DNA of 64,000 nucleotides from Eledone cirrhosa (lineage: Eukaryota), in NCBI GenBank assembly GCA_964016885.1, contig OZ024743.1, forward strand, positions 17,670,001 to 17,734,000. The letters are read 5' to 3'. Below the pieces are notes generated by a model. It was not told the origin of the DNA and made no database searches. It saw only the letters and a list, made by a program, of their open reading frames with translations. Position numbers and translations under genes: made by a program. This document shows, piece after piece, positions 24,640-39,500 of the stretch (its first letter is position 1; each line of letters opens with the position of its first letter).

Positions 24640-27390
24640 AGTTGCATTTAACTTGCTTTATGTTCATACGAGTTATCACCAAGTCACAACCAGTGACCTC
24701 AAGAGACAACAAGGTCCGCCATGTTCAAGAAAGAACATACATACACACACATGCATCTTTAGGTGTTTAGACTTGTGATGTACTTATATTGACATAATCT
24801 TCCTTAGTATATGGGCAGTTCCCATTAGTACTATCTTTTGTATTTCTCCTATACGCGGGTTTCCTGGGATTTGCGACAAGTAATCATTATACCCCTTAGA
24901 TATCATTCCTAGAGCGCCTACAACCACTGGTATTGTTTTAGTTCTCAATTTCCACATTTTTCCAATTTCTATCTCCAGGTCCTTATTCTTGCTAAATTTT
25001 TCAAATGCTTTTATAGATACATTGTTGTCTATTGGAACGGACATATCAATTAGCATGCATACTCTCTTTTGAAAGTCCTTCAGTATTATATCAGGTCAAG
25101 TTGCATCTATTTTTCGGTCCGTTTGGACGTTAAAGTTCCACAAGATTGCGATGTGATATTTTTCAAGTACGGGAGGTGGTTGATTCTTCCACCAATTCTT
25201 TTGATGGGGAAGGTTAAAATACTTATACATTATCCAATGTATGTATTGTGCAGTTCTGTCATGTCTGTTTAAGTATTCGGTTGGAACTATAGGACTGCAC
25301 ATTGAAATTATATGATCAATGGTCTCTGGTTGTTTTTTACATACACGACATAATGGCTTGCATCCATTTTTTATTATGTTGACTTGGTAATATTTTGTTG
25401 GCAGACACTGATCTTGTGCTGATATAATCAGTCCTTCAGTCTCCGATTTCAGTCCAGAGGATGCCAATCACTGATGGGTTAAAGTGTTGTCAACATCAGG
25501 ATTGTTAGCTCTTTTGGGGTATTTTCTATGCAGAGGCTTTTCTTGCCATTTTGTTAGCGAGTTTCTGTAGCAGTTCTTTCTTTGCAGTTACTTTTACCTG
25601 CTTTGCTTTTTCTGTGTTTTCCATTTCAGCAGTAAATGGGAATTCTGAAATTTGTAGTCCATTACTTTATCTTTCTGCATCTTTTGTAATGGAGTATGAT
25701 CTTTTGATGCTTTCGTGTTTCAAAACGAGTTTGATCAACCAATCATGTGATTCCCTTAGATATGCAGATAATCCAATTGTTGCAGATTTCGACTCAATAT
25801 CTAACTGGATTAACCCGCGTCCTCCTTCTTTCCTAGGGAGACATATTCTATCTGTATCTGCCTTAGGGTGATGCATTCAGTGCATGGTTAAGAATTTTCG
25901 AATTTTTGTATCGAGCCTACGGATTTCTGTGCTTGACCAGTTGATGACATTGTAACTGTAGGTTACTACTAGTATGGCTGGCGTGTTTATGGCATCGATC
26001 CTATTCCTTGTATTCAATTCCGTTCTTAAGATTGCTCTTACTCTGCGGTAGCATTCCTTCCTTATCATGTCCCTCATTGTCGAGTGCTTGATTCCGTCTC
26101 CTTCACAAACACCTAGATATTTGTAAGTTTTTTCCTGATCAAGTTATCTTATCACATTCCCCCGATCAAGATAAACGTCTGAAATTTTCAGCAGCTTTCC
26201 TATGGTGAACGTTGCTTTGGCGCATTTATCTAGTCCAAACTCCATTTTAATGTCATCACTGCACTGCTCCACAGTGGATAATAGCCCTTGCAATTGTTCA
26301 TCATTTTTTGCAAATGGTTTCAGGTCATCCATGTAGAACAAGTGATTAATGGTTTTGTCATAAGTGAGTGGTGACTTTAGCCGATGCTTAATAGATATGA
26401 TTTACATCAGTAAAGTTTAGTTTGTTCGTGATGATAATGTTTTTGAGAATTATGTTAACCTTGTGTATTATCTTTTGGTTCTGTTTGAGTTCTGGATGTT
26501 AAGGAGGGTGTCTCGTTCCCCCATGTCAGATTCTTTCATTTTCATCCATTCGATCATAATTTCATCCTTCAAGTTAGCAAGTTCATTCTCATTCATTTCT
26601 TTATCATTTAAGATCTCATTGTTTTCATTTTGAGTTTTATCTTGAGCATGCACTCCCTCCACTTTTTTCGACCCTTCTTTAATTAGTCCTGTTGTCAGTG
26701 ATTCCGCCCCAACCCTGGGATTCGAAGTGTTACAATTTACCCTGTTTTCACTGACACATGTTTCATTTTCCCTTCGCTGACTTTGTGCTAATAGCTTGAT
26801 CTGATCAATTTCTATATAAGTTAGTAACATTTTTTTAACAATATTTTTTCGTATATTGGCTAGTTTGTTACTGTCAATATAGCCTCTGTTTTCGGGATGT
26901 TTCGTTTTACAGTTGATATATGTCTGTTCAGTATTCGATATATTTGATTGGTAGTACATGGCAGTGTAGAAAGCCTCAACGACTTCTTTATTGTCTTCTC
27001 TTGACCATTTTTCTCTCTTTTTCTTTGGTTTTCTTGGTGGTGAGCATGGACGACCAACAGTAGGAGTATTCCGGTTATGGGAGGTCTCCAGCTCCGAAGT
27101 GATGGGAAGGTTTGAACCATTAGCTGATTTTTCGACCCCAGTCTGGTTCCTCTCTGAGGGACGCGGCCCTTTTTTACCCGGGTGACGGCCGATCCGGTAT
27201 GAGATTTTATCATTAGACATTTACTTTATTTTGTCGAGTTTTATCCTTATCCGCCAAGGGGTAATCATTTCGAGTTACCACTTCTTGAACGAGTGTCAAC
27301 CAAGACTAGAGAGGTTGTCCTCTCCTAGAGACACGGCTATTCCCCGCCGGCCGCCATCTCGGTAATTCTTGGTCACGGGGTTTTCTTTTT
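24640..27390 (-). mobile_element. R4/Dong-type element, family B, reaching the 5'UTR, with a ~1.2 kb internal deletion
   Basis: FYMDDLK (RT), CRVC...HIISMC zinc finger, RHD, K.F.K..DL.IEI (RLE); N-terminal ORF 26468-27220 with REKWSREDN. Confidence 0.9.
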
Positions 27391-27427
27391 TGTTGTTTTT
27401 AAAAACAACCAAAACCTCTCCATGTAT

Positions 27428-30400
27428 CACGCTGGGACTGTGTGGGATTAGAGGATAGGGTAGGAGGATGCAAGAGCCTCACCAACCTGCTCAGGCGTTT
27501 TGAACTGTCTGACAGGTACCGATTGGATTTCCCGAATGTGCCAATGTGGACTTGGACAAATCGCATAGGGTCATACAGATCATATCTAGATAGAGTATTT
27601 TGTAGAGAAATAGATAGGTCTAGCATAGGCTGTCCACAATTCAAGATAGTCGGCTACACGGACCACAAATTCGTGATCTGTGTACTGGACTTAGATAGGC
27701 TTCATAGACGAGGACTCGGCTACTGGAAGCTAAACACCTCCTTACCAGCGCGCACGGCCTACAGAGACCGCATTAGCGAACTAGTTAAGCGGGCGTTGAC
27801 GGGGGCCATCGTCAACAACAAGTGGTGGTTTGCTCTGAAAAGAGCAATTAGAATAGAGTCCATTAGGTTTAGTAAGGCTTTAGCAATAGAGAAAAATAGA
27901 GCAGAGGGAGAATTAGTTAGAAAATTAGACGTGGCGCTTAGCAAAGGCATCGCGACTGACGTACTTGCGGCGAAATTGGCCCTTGACCAATTCTTCAATG
28001 CAAAGCACGAAGGCTGCGTTGTCAGAGCTAGGGTGCGTGCTCTCAGACATGAGGGGGCGAAAGTCGTTCAATGGGCCCGAGTGGCGGAACGCATCGTGGC
28101 AACAAAGCCACGATCCGGTCTTTGGTGGACCACGACGGGCGCATGGTACTCGATCACAGGCAAATGTGTGAAGCTTTTCAGCGACACTTCGCTCAAATGT
28201 TCGGGGGCAGTGGCGGGCCGGATCGAGGGATGGACTTTAGTGTCTACCTCGACGGACTGCCGCGGCTTTCGGCCACTGAGGCGGAGTGTTGCGAAAAGCA
28301 GATAACAGCCGCTGAAGTACGGGAGGCAATGGCTAGCTGCACAAAGGGTAAATCGCATGGTTTGGATGGTCTGCCCTGTGAACTTTACGTACATATGCCA
28401 GACTTGTTCGGAGGCCTCTTGGCGGACGTCTACTGCAACTGGCAACAGAACGGGAGAATTCCCAGCTCTGTGAGCCGAGGAGCTGTGGCGCTGCTGAGAA
28501 AGGATCTGAACAAGGGGGATAACATAGATAATTTTAGGCCCATAACTCTGCTAAACCTAGAGTTCGAGATTTTGGCCAAGGTGCTAACAAAGAGGTTGGC
28601 GCTTGTCGTTGGTGGTCTGGTGGGAGAGGCGCAGACATGCGCCATTCCCGACAGATCCATCCACGACAACCTCCACCTCATGCGATACATCGTAGAGAGG
28701 GTAGCTAGGAAACTTGGCACGGGTGGGTCCTTGATCAATTTAGATCAGACGAAAGCTTTCGATAGGGTCGAACATCGTTACCTAGCGGCAGTCCTGAAGG
28801 CGGCTGGCTTTGGGCGCGTCTTCAGAGGCTGGATCGCTACCATGCACAGCGACATCTGCTCTGTGGTAAGAGGGAACGGTCACCTTTCGGAACCGTTCAA
28901 CATCATGCGCTCGGTCCGCCAAGGATGTCCCCACTCGTCCCTCATGTACGTATTGAATCTCGAGCCATTACTGCACAAACTGGAGACGTTGAGGGGGATC
29001 CCGCGCGAATAGGATGCGGAAGAACGTGTCAGCATATGCGGACGATGTCACCTTAGTGGTGTCGAACTCCAAACACATCGTGGCGATCGACACTACACTA
29101 AGAGAATACGAAGCGGTGACAGGAGCAATGATCCACCAGGAAAAGTCAGTGGGCCTGCAGCTCGGCACCTGGAGGGGCAGGTCCATGCTGTCCAACAGCG
29201 TCGTTTGGCGCTGGATGGACGGACCAGTTAAATTGCTCGGGGTCTGGTTCGGTCCCACTCCAGACGGACAAAATCTGGGACGAGGTGATGAGCAGGGTGG
29301 CTTCTCTCACCCAGAAATGGGCCGAGAGGAAGCTATCCCTGAAAGGTCGAGCGGAGGTGGCTAACGGGTATATCGCGTCCGTCATCTACTATCGCCTGAC
29401 CGTCGTACCTTGTCCTAAGCCCCGCTTGACTGCGCTGGAGCGTTTGCTCTTTCGCTTTTTGTGGAAGGGACGTGCTCTGGTGGTCAGGCGATCCATCTGC
29501 TGTCAACACCCGCTACGTGGAGGGCTGGGAATGCCGTGGCTGATGATGCGCAGAAACGCGCTCTGGCTACGACATCTCCACCTCTTCCTCGACGGTGATC
29601 AGGTGTGGTCTCCGTTTGCTAGACACGTCTTTCCCCAGCTCGTCTCCTTGACGAAGCTGCAGTCCTGGGCCATGCGAAGACCGAGAGGGAGCGCTTGGAG
29701 ACTGGAATGTCTTCAGGCGCTCAAAGCCCTCGACCAATCGGCAATGTGATCGGTGGAAACTCCACCTCGGCGTTCTATAGAGGATTAGTGGAGGGGAAGA
29801 GCGACGACGTACTTGGGGAAACTCTAGGCGTCGACGAAAATCAACTAGCCAATCTCTTCGGAAGAACTTTCGGGCCAGGGCCTATGGACAACTTCCAGAA
29901 ATCTCTGGCCTGGCAGTGCTACCGAGGAGCCTTGCCAGTTCGGGATAAACTCTGCAGGCATGGAGGTGCCGTCAGCCGGGCATGTCCGAGATGCGCGCAG
30001 GGCGACGAAACCGTCCTGCACGCACTCGTCCAGTGTCCGAGCATTGCTGACTTGTGGGTTTATGTCGAACACCTGCTGTCACGTGTGGGACGGATCCGGC
30101 TAGCAGCTGAGTCGATCGTGAGGATGCCCCGCCCTCTTCCTTTAGCCGGAAAGGACAGGCAGTTTTTATCTGTCTGGTGGCCATGGCGAAAGAGATAGTA
30201 TGGTGGACACGTTTGAAAGGGCTGAAGACGAGCACTTACTACTTCGGATATGCCTGGATTAACTTTTTCAAATTTCATTTGAAATGGAAAATCAGGGTAG
30301 AAAGGGAAGTGCTCTCTTCCCAGCATTTTGTTGAAAGATGGGTGAGAGAGGCAAGAATGGCCCGAGTGAATGGGCCTACTCTGAGTATGTGTCTGTAAAT

Positions 30401-30648
30401 TAAAGGTGGAAAACTGGGAGAGGGCACTTGCCCCTGTGGTCAGGGTCATTGTGGCTTTTTAATGGGCTTTCTCCACCAATGTCCCTCGGAAGTTTCCCCC
30501 TTATTGGGGAATGTTTTCATTGTTCTATTATTACATCCTCTGTTTCTTGTTTTTATTACACGCAGAAATGCCCATTTGTGCAGCCCTGTATTGTCCTGCA
30601 CTTTCCTTAATGTCTACTTTATGTAAACCCTTGTGGTTAATAAAGAAA

Positions 30649-30650
<2 letters not shown>
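27428..30650 (+). mobile_element. Tx1-clade LINE, 5' truncated in the endonuclease, frameshifted
   Basis: ORFs 27442-30398 match the intact ORF2; 3'UTR followed by (ATT)n 30651-30683. Confidence 0.95.
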
Positions 30651-30683
<33 letters not shown>

Positions 30684-30891
30684 GGCGACCTACGTAGTAA
30701 ATCGTATCATCGTGAGCTCCGCAAAGGTTTGTTATTTCCGTTTGTTAAAAAATTGCCATTTATGGAAAATTTTATTGTTAACTGTTTATAAGCACACATA
30801 CATTGTTTTCCGAAAAGGACACCCAAAAAGATTGGGGCCTTGTGCCCAACATTTTAACTTTTATTATTATCAAAAAATTTCTTTGGAAAAA

Positions 30892-32884
30892 ATGGCTAAT
30901 TCACCTCTGCACCAAACAGCTGAAAGCCTTCCTCACAAATTAACACCTCACACCGACACCACCATTGTAAATGTTACTACGTTTGCCAACACAAAAAAAA
31001 ATATAAGCAGTAGCAATATTTTAAATTTGTCTCAGGCAGACATTCATTTCCCGCCATTACCAATGATTGCAGGTGTTAAAGCCTCCACCACCACCGCGAC
31101 AACCACCACCACCACCACCACCACCACCACCGCGACAACAGAAACAAAAGAAGAAAAAAATAAATTAACTCGTGATGTCGAAATGAAATCAAGCAAAATG
31201 GACTCTTCCGCACCAAAGACGACTGACGTCACCACCACCACAACTGAAACTAAAATTAATATTAACACAAATAACGATAGCAACAACAACACCAATGACA
31301 TAATAAAACCGACCCTCAGTTTCGCCATAGTAGCAAAACAATTCGAAGCATTCACGGTAACTCAAGAGGATTTAGAAAATGCCAAACAAATGGTTAAGAA
31401 AGATGGGTACAGGGTCAGCCTCACCCCCCACCTAATAAAATGGAGCATCGGTGCCTATGCACCGTGTCGTATAGAACAATAAATGTAAAATCGCGTCGAG
31501 TGGAACGGGCATCCGAGTCCCAAATCCAAAAAGCTTTGGGACATGTGTGGGCAAGAAAAACCCACATCAGACGTGGGCAAAAGTATGGAACCGTGGATGT
31601 GTTCTTTGAAACACCAGAGGAGGCTAGAGAACACTCCATGGCCCCATTAAAAAGTGACGACTTCACACTCGTCCCAAGCTATTGTGGCCAGAGACTCGTA
31701 AAGATCAGGGTGACTCACCTTCCACCGGCCATCGAAATTCCCTGGCTAATAGCGGCTGTCCTCGCCGGCATCGAAGCCAACACGAAAATAATAGCAATAG
31801 CAAAAGAAAAGCAGGAAAACTGGTCCGGATCTGGGATGGAGCTCCTAATCCAAGCGGACCAAAAAAGCATTGAGGAGATCCCAGAGGTAATAGACCTCAC
31901 TGACGGCAGCCACCTCACGGTAATTGTCGAGAGCAGAAGACCTAGGTGTGTCGTTTGTGGTGAAGGAACCCACCTAAGGGCTTTCTGCCCTCAGGCTAAA
32001 AGGTTGAGGCCACCTCTCCTACCCACCCCAGTGACACAAACATCAACACCACCAGTAGCAGAGATGGCAGCAACAACTGTAGCAGCAACAACAGAAGCAA
32101 CTATAACAGCAACAACCCCAGCAACAGTAGCAAAACCAACACCACTACCACCACCAGCAAAACCAATACCAACACCACCCAACGCTTCAGAACTAGCACC
32201 AGCGCCTACACCATCCACCACACCATTACCAAAACTAAGGGCTGTGGAGGATTTTCCACTGCCCGGCCTATCACAACTGGAGACAGATTGTGACGACGAG
32301 GAGTGGGAAACGATATCCGGAAAAAAAAAGAAACCAAAAAAGAAAAAATTCTCTTCCTTCCCCTCCAAAAACAAAATACAGAGGGAAACAAATAAACTAA
32401 GAAACAAAAAAGTTAGGACAGATATGCCACCATCCACACCAGCATCACCAACCCCTCAACCCAAACACCAACACCATCACCATCATTAACTCCAACACCA
32501 CCATCACCTACACCACAAAAGTCACCAAAATGCGAAACAGAAACAAACCCACAACAAACGCAAACAAAATAAAACAACCAAAACGATACACACTACACAG
32601 CATTAAATTTGAACAACAAGCAATTATTACACTACATCCAACACAACACCAGCATCACAGAAAAAGACTACACAACAACCCCAAAATTCACACCACCTCC
32701 ACACATACAAATCACTCGCATCACACAGAAACCGTACATGACACTAAAACAAAAATTCCCCAAAGACATCGGAGACTTCCGACAAGCACACTCCAGGAGG
32801 ATTTATAAGGACATCCTTCCTGAGGAGGCCACAAGCAGTGAAAAGGATGGAAAAACCGTCCTTCCCCTACGAGAAGTAAGGTAA
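30892..32884 (+). pseudogene. Tx1 ORF1, frameshifted
   Basis: Fragments 30892-31482, 31440-32489 and 32609-32884; CCHC knuckle; T/P-rich linkers. Confidence 0.85.
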
Positions 32885-32918
32885 GTGGTCTTTCCCATCG
32901 TTTCCACTCCTTTTCAAC

Positions 32919-35900
32919 ATGACCTCACTCAGAATAGGCAGCATAAATGCGCGTGGCTTGGGGTCGTCATGGAAGCATGGCCACCTGCTCAACGACCTCA
33001 GGTCACTAAACATAGATGTAGTGGCCATCAGCGAAACCAGAATCTCCGAAGCACAGGCTTTCGCATCGATCTTCGGCTGCTACGATGTGTACGCATCTCC
33101 CAGCCGTCCGGGATCGGGGGGAGGAGTTGCTGTCCTTTTTCGGAGAGGTTTGGATCTTGCCATACGGGCCATCTTCCTGGACCCAGAAGGTAAGTTGGTG
33201 GTGCTGGACGTGACCAGCGGAGACGGCCAAGCTTTCAGGTTAGTGGCCGTCTATGCCCCGACAGGAGCAGGGCGGCCTGATTTCTTCCGGCGTCTGGAGA
33301 CCTTTCTTGGAACGTCCCGCTCTTTAGTGTTAGTGGGCGACTGGAACGGGATCTTAGATGCACGCTGGGATTGTGTGGGATTAGTGGATAGGGAAGGAAG
33401 GTGCAAGAGTCTCACCAACCTGCTAAGACGTTTTGAACTGTCTGACAGGTACCGAATGGATTTCCCGAATGTACCAATGTGGACTTGGACAAATCGCATA
33501 GGGTCATCCAGACCATATCTAGATAGAGTATTTTGTAGGGAAATAGCATAGGCTGTCCACAATTCAAGATAGTCAGCTACACGGACCACAAATTCGTGAT
33601 ATGTGTGATTGACTTAGATAGGCTTCATAGACGAGGACCCGGCTACTGGAAGCTATACGCGTCCTTACCAGCGCTCAAGGCCTACAGAGACCGGATTAGC
33701 GAACTAGTTAAGCGGGCGTTGACGGGGGCCATCGTCAACAACAAGTGGTGGTTTGCTCTGAAAAGAGCAATTAGAATAGAGTCCTTTAGGTTTAGTAAGA
33801 CTTTATCAATAGAGAAAAATAGAGCAGAGGGAGAACTAGTTAGAAAATTAGATGAGGCGCTTAGCAAAGGCATCGCGACCGACGTACTTGCGGCGAAATT
33901 GGCCCTTGACCAATTCTTCAATGCAAAGCACGAAGGCTGCGTTGTCAGAGCTAGGGTGCGTGCTCTCAGGCACGAGGGAACGAAAGCCCTTCAATGGGCC
34001 CGAGTGGCGGAGGCGCGTCGTGGCAACAAAGCCACGATCCGGTCTTTGGTGGACCACGACTGGCGCATGCTACTCGATCTCGGGCAAATGTTGAAGCTTT
34101 TCAGCGACACTTCGCTCAACTGTTCGGGGGCAGTGGCGGGCCGGAGCGAGGGATGGACTTTAGTATCTACCTCGACGGACTGCCGCGACTTTCGGCCACT
34201 GAGGCGGAGTGTTGCGAAAAGCCGATAACAACCGCTGAAGTACGGGAGGAAATGACTAGTTGCACAAGGGGTAAATCGCCTGGTTTAGATGGTCTGCCCT
34301 ATGAACTTTACGTACAAATGCTAAACTTGTTCGGAGGCCTCTTGGCGGACGTCTACTGCAACAGAACGGGAGAATTCCCAGCTCTGTGAGTCGAGGAGCC
34401 GTGGCGCTGCTGAGAAAGGATCAGAACAAGGGGGATAACATAGACAATTTTAGGCCCATAACTCTGCTAAACACAGAGTTCAAGATTTTGGCCAAGGTGC
34501 TAGCAAAGAGGTTGGCGCTTGTCCATGGTGGTATGGTGGGAGAGGCACAGACATGCGCCATTCCCGTCAGATCCATCCACGACAACCTCCACCTCATGCG
34601 ATACATCGTAGAGAGGGTAGCTAGGGAACCTGGCACGGGTGGGTCTTTGATCAATTTAGATCAGTCGAAAGCCTTCGATAGGGTCGACCGTCGTTACCTA
34701 GCGGCAGTCCCGAGGGCGGCTTTGGGCCCGTCTTCAGAGGCTGGATCGCTGCCATGCACAGCGACATCTGCTCTGTAGTGTGAGTGAACGGTCATCTTTC
34801 GGAACCGTTCAACATCATGCGCTCTGTCCGCCAAGGATGTCCCCACTCGTCCCTATTGTACGTATTGACTCTCGAGCCATTACTGCACAAACTGGAGACG
34901 TTGAGGGGGGTCCCGCGCGAACTAGGATGCGGAAGATCCGTGTCAGCATATGCCGATGATGTCACCTTAGTGGTGTCGAACGCCAAACACATCGAGGCGA
35001 TCGGCACTACACTAAGAGAATACGAAGCGGTGACAGGAGCAATGATCAACCAGTAAAAGTCAGTGGGCCTGCAGCTCGGCACCTGGAGAGGCAGGTCCAT
35101 GCCGTCCAACAGCGTCGTCGGGCGCTGGACGGACGGACCGGTTAAATTGCTAGGGGTCTGGTTCGGTCCAGACCTCCAGACGGACAAAAACTGGGACGAG
35201 GTGACGAGCAGGGTGGCTTCTCTCACCCAGAAATGGGCCGAGAGGAAGCTATCCCTGAAAGGTCGAGCGGGGGTAGCGAATGCGTACATCGCATCCGTAA
35301 TCTACTACCTCCTGACCTTCGTACCTTGTCCTAAGCCCCGCCTGACTGCGCTGGAGCGTTTGCTCTTTCACTTCTTGTGGAAGGGACGCGCTCCGATGGT
35401 CAGGGGTCCATCTGCTGTCAACACCCGCTACGTGGAGGGCTGGGCATGCCGTGGCTGATGATGCGCAGACACGCGCTCAGGCTACGACATCTCCACCCCT
35501 TCCTCGACGGTGATCAGGTGTGGTCGCCGTTTGCTAGACACGTTTTCCCCAGCTCGTCTCCTTGACGGAGCTGCAGTCCTGGGTCAAGCGAAGACTGAGA
35601 GGGAGCGCTTGGAGACTGGAATGTCTTCAGGCGCTCACAGCCCTCGACCAATCGGGCAATGTGATCGGTGGAAACTCCACCTTGGCGTTCTATAGGGGAT
35701 TAGTGGAGGGGAAGAGCGACGACGTACTTGGAGAAACTCTAGGCGTCGACGAAAATCAACTAGCCAATCTCTTCGGAAGGACTTTCGGGCCGGGGCCTAT
35801 GGACAACTTCCAGAAATCCCTGGCCTGGCAGTGCTACCGAGGAGCTTTGCCAGTTCGGGATAAACTCTAGAGGCAAGGAGGTGCCGTCAGCCGGGCATGT

Positions 35901-36310
35901 TCGAGATGCGCGCAGGGCGACGAAACCGTCCTGCATGCACTCGTCCAGTGTCCGAGCATTGCTGACTTGTGGGTTTATGTCGAACACCTGCTGTCACGTG
36001 AGGACGGATCCAGCTATCAGCTGAGTCCATCGTGAGGATTGCCCCGCCCCCTTCCTTTAGCCGGGAAGGGCAGGCAGTTTTTATCTGTCTAGTGGCCATG
36101 GTGAAAGAGATAGTATGGTGGACACGTTTGAAAGGGCTGAAGACGAGCACTTACCTCTTCGGTGATGCCCTGATTATTTTTCAAATTTCATCTGAAAAGG
36201 AAAATCAGGGTAGAGAGGGAAGTGCTCTCTTCCCAGCATTTTGTTGAAAGATGGGTGAGAGAAGCAAGTATGGCCCGAATGAATGGGCCTTCTCTGAGTA
36301 TGTGTCTGTA
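32919..36310 (+). pseudogene. Tx1 ORF2 (APE-RT), multiple frameshifts and stops
   Basis: Colinear fragments of the 1139 aa protein, including YADD. Confidence 0.92.
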
Positions 36311-36593
36311 AATTAAAGGTGGAAAACTGGGAGAGGGCACTTGCCCTGGTGGTCAGGGCCACTGTGGTCTTTTAATGGGCTTTCTCCACAAATGTCCCTC
36401 GGAAGTCTCCCCCCTATTGGGGAATTTTTCTTTGTTATTTTATTTCATCCTCTGTTTTTTTTTACACGCAGAAATGCCCATCTGTACTGTCCTGTATTGT
36501 CCTGTACTGTCCTTAATGTCTACTTTATGTAAACCCTTGTGGTTAATAAAAAAAATCATTATTATTAATATTATTATTTTTATTATTATTATT

Positions 36594-39500
36594 GTTGTTC
36601 TTTGAGTCTCAGTCATTGATGTTATTTAACTGGAAAATTTGTTGAAATGAATATCAAGGCACTACCATCAGCCTCCGATATTCAGGCCGTATCGGAGCGT
36701 TCTTGCTGTTCCCAGAACCCATGCCTTTTGAAGTGTACCAAAAAGCGGAGCGGGGCCAATTTTCTTTAACCATCCTTGGAAACTATTTGGGACAGTACCT
36801 AGTGCGCATATGACAATCGGGTCCGCTTTGACCTCATGGCAGTTCCAATTCCATTTTACCTCCCAATTTAAGTCCTGGTATCGGTTAATTTTCTCCCTCT
36901 CCTTCTGTTGCACTCTCGTGTCGAATCGGCAGGCTATATCCACAATCCGGCACGATCTTTTCCCTTTGTCCAAAACCACCAGTTCAGGTCTATTGTGTTC
37001 CAGTTTCTTGTCTGTCTGTATCCTAAAATCCCACAGCACCTTCACCTGATCGTTTTCCATCACCGACTCTGGATTATGCTCATACCACGTCTCAGAATGT
37101 GGCAAATTGTTTAATTTGCATAGGTGCCAGTGGATAACCCTGCCCATAATATCATGTCTCCAGCCTTTATAGTGAGTCTGGGCTAGGTGTTTACACTCGG
37201 ATACAATGTGAGCCACAGTCTCCTCTCTCCTTCCACAGATCCTACACAGTGGGCTAACCTCCTCCTTGTAAATATGGTGTTTCAGCCACTTCGTTCTGAG
37301 GACATGCTCTTGCGCAGCCATTAGCATTCTTTCTGTAGCCTTTTGAAGGTCTCCTCTTTTCAACCAGTTCCATGTCTGTGGATCTCTAAATTCACTTTTC
37401 TCAAATAAGGCACTATGAATGGATTTTCATGAAGGTTGCTCTTTCGCTTTGTTGTTATTTCCTTCTTGGACATCCATGGCCTTTTGTCCTCTCCTTCAGT
37501 ACAATTCTGAGCATTGGCTTCCTACTATCAGTCAGGTATTTGTGTAGGTTGTTTTTCACCATCTGAACACAGCCCTCTATGCTGATAAGACCTCTTCCAC
37601 CTTCAGATCTCCTAAAGTCGAGTCTATCGACATCACTACTTTTGTGGAACATGTTGTAGATAGTCAATAGCTTCCTAGTCTTCATATCCATTTCTTTTTG
37701 TTCAGCAACATTCCATCTCAGAATTCCCGCACTGTACCTAATAATAGACACATCTCTGGTATTTACTGCACTTACGGTATTCCTACTGTTCAGATGTGAC
37801 TTAAATACGCTCCTTATTCTCCGAATGTATTCCTGATCTTATCAATTCCTTCATTTTTTTATTCTTGATGTCATCACCCCCCAGAATAACTAAATATTTG
37901 TATCCCTCTTCAGTATCAATTTCTTTTATCATCTCACCTGTTGGTATCTGGATTTCGTTCCTTCTGCTCAATTTACCCCAATTCATCACAAGGACTACAC
38001 ACTTACTAATACCAAATTGCATACATATATCATTGTTGAAAATACGTAGAGTGTCAACAAGCACATCCAACTCCCTCTCACTTTTCGCAGTATAATGGAC
38101 AGGGGGATCAGGGCAAGTCAAACAACAGAGGGGACAAACTATCTCCCTGGAAGATACCTCTCTTGATCCTCACGCCTCCCAAGGATTCTCCGCCCGATGT
38201 TAACTCTGTTTTCCAGGATTTCATACTTTTGCTCAACAACTGTCTGATGTTATCTGCCAGCCTGAAGATCGCTAGGCTTTTGGTTATCCAAGAATGAGGT
38301 ACCATGTCGAATGCCTTTTTGTAATCTATCCATCCCATGGCAAGACCAGTGTGTCTCCTCCTGCAATTCCACATTACCATCATATCAATAAGTAACTGGT
38401 CCTTTGTACCACGGGACTTCTTTCGACATCCATTCTGTTTGTCGGGTAACAAGTTGTTTATGTGGAGGTGATGGTAGATTTCCTCAGACACAATGCTTGT
38501 TAACAGTTTCCATATTACGGACAGACATGTGATAGTTCTATGGTTGATTCGGTGTTTCATTACCAGAACTGTGGTACCTTTGTCAACCACTCTGGTACCT
38601 CACCTGAAATTAAGCAGTCATTGAACATGGTTGTCAGTTCCGGGTGGAGGGATGTTATATGTTTAATCTAACACCTCTGCACACCATCAGGGCCTGGTGA
38701 TTTCCAGTTGGTTAGTTTTCTGGCCTGCCCCTTAAGGATTTCAACTATGATACTCAAATCAGTTAGTTGGTGTGCCTGTTCACTAATCTCCTTTTGTACT
38801 GTCTTTATCCACACTGCCTGATCATTATGTTCAACATCCTGCTCCCATATTCCTTTCCAGAATGTCTTAGTTTGTTCCGCCTCAGGGATCAAGTCGTTGC
38901 CTCTTTCTTTCCCTTCAGGCTGTCCAAACAACATCTTCTGACTGTTGTCAAACATGCGGTTCTGTCTATACTGACTGACTCTGCTCTCGTATCGCCTAAT
39001 CTTTGCGATCTTTGCTGCAATGCGTTGCTTCAGTTCCTCTATGATAATATTTAGCTTTTTATCCTAGTTTTGTACTTTATTTCCAGTCCATTTTTAGTGT
39101 CTATATTTTGTAGTGTCCCATTCAGTAGGGACTCAAGCTTTCCAATGTCATTTCTCATTTCCCTGATTTGACCATTCAGTCGTTTCTTCCACAGAGGTTC
39201 TGACCTTTCTTGTTTGTTGTTTCCACTCGCTTTTATGCCAAGTAGTTTCCTCACCGCATTTGCTGTTGCTTTGAGAATATTATTGCACTGGTGAAGGTTC
39301 CTCGCTCGCTTCAATGTATGGGATGACTTTGATTACCTTAGCTGTTATTTCTTTTAACTTTTTCCTTTCTACAAATCTTAGGTTCATAGGTTGCCCACTA
39401 TCATTGTTCATTTCATCTACCACTAAGTTTAGGATATCAACCAAATCTTGTCCTAGCCCGCCAGCATTCATCTCCTCAATGGCTTATCTTTGTTCCAGGT

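Larger units (their letters stand above)
30684..36557 (+). mobile_element. Full-length Tx1-clade LINE (5' type 'ggcgacctacg'), disrupted
   Basis: (ATT)n on both sides; ORF1 30892-32884 with CVVCGEGTHLRAFC; ORF2 32919-36310 in fragments. Confidence 0.95.

Noticed and set aside
27221-27390. HDV-like ribozyme in the Dong B 5'UTR
   Set aside because: Several hairpins are present but I could not build the nested double pseudoknot by eye; needs a covariance-model search
30511-30891. Signal-peptide or poly-Leu N-terminal extension of ORF1
   Set aside because: Read-through of the upstream 3'UTR and (TTA)n tract; the likely start is ATG at 30892
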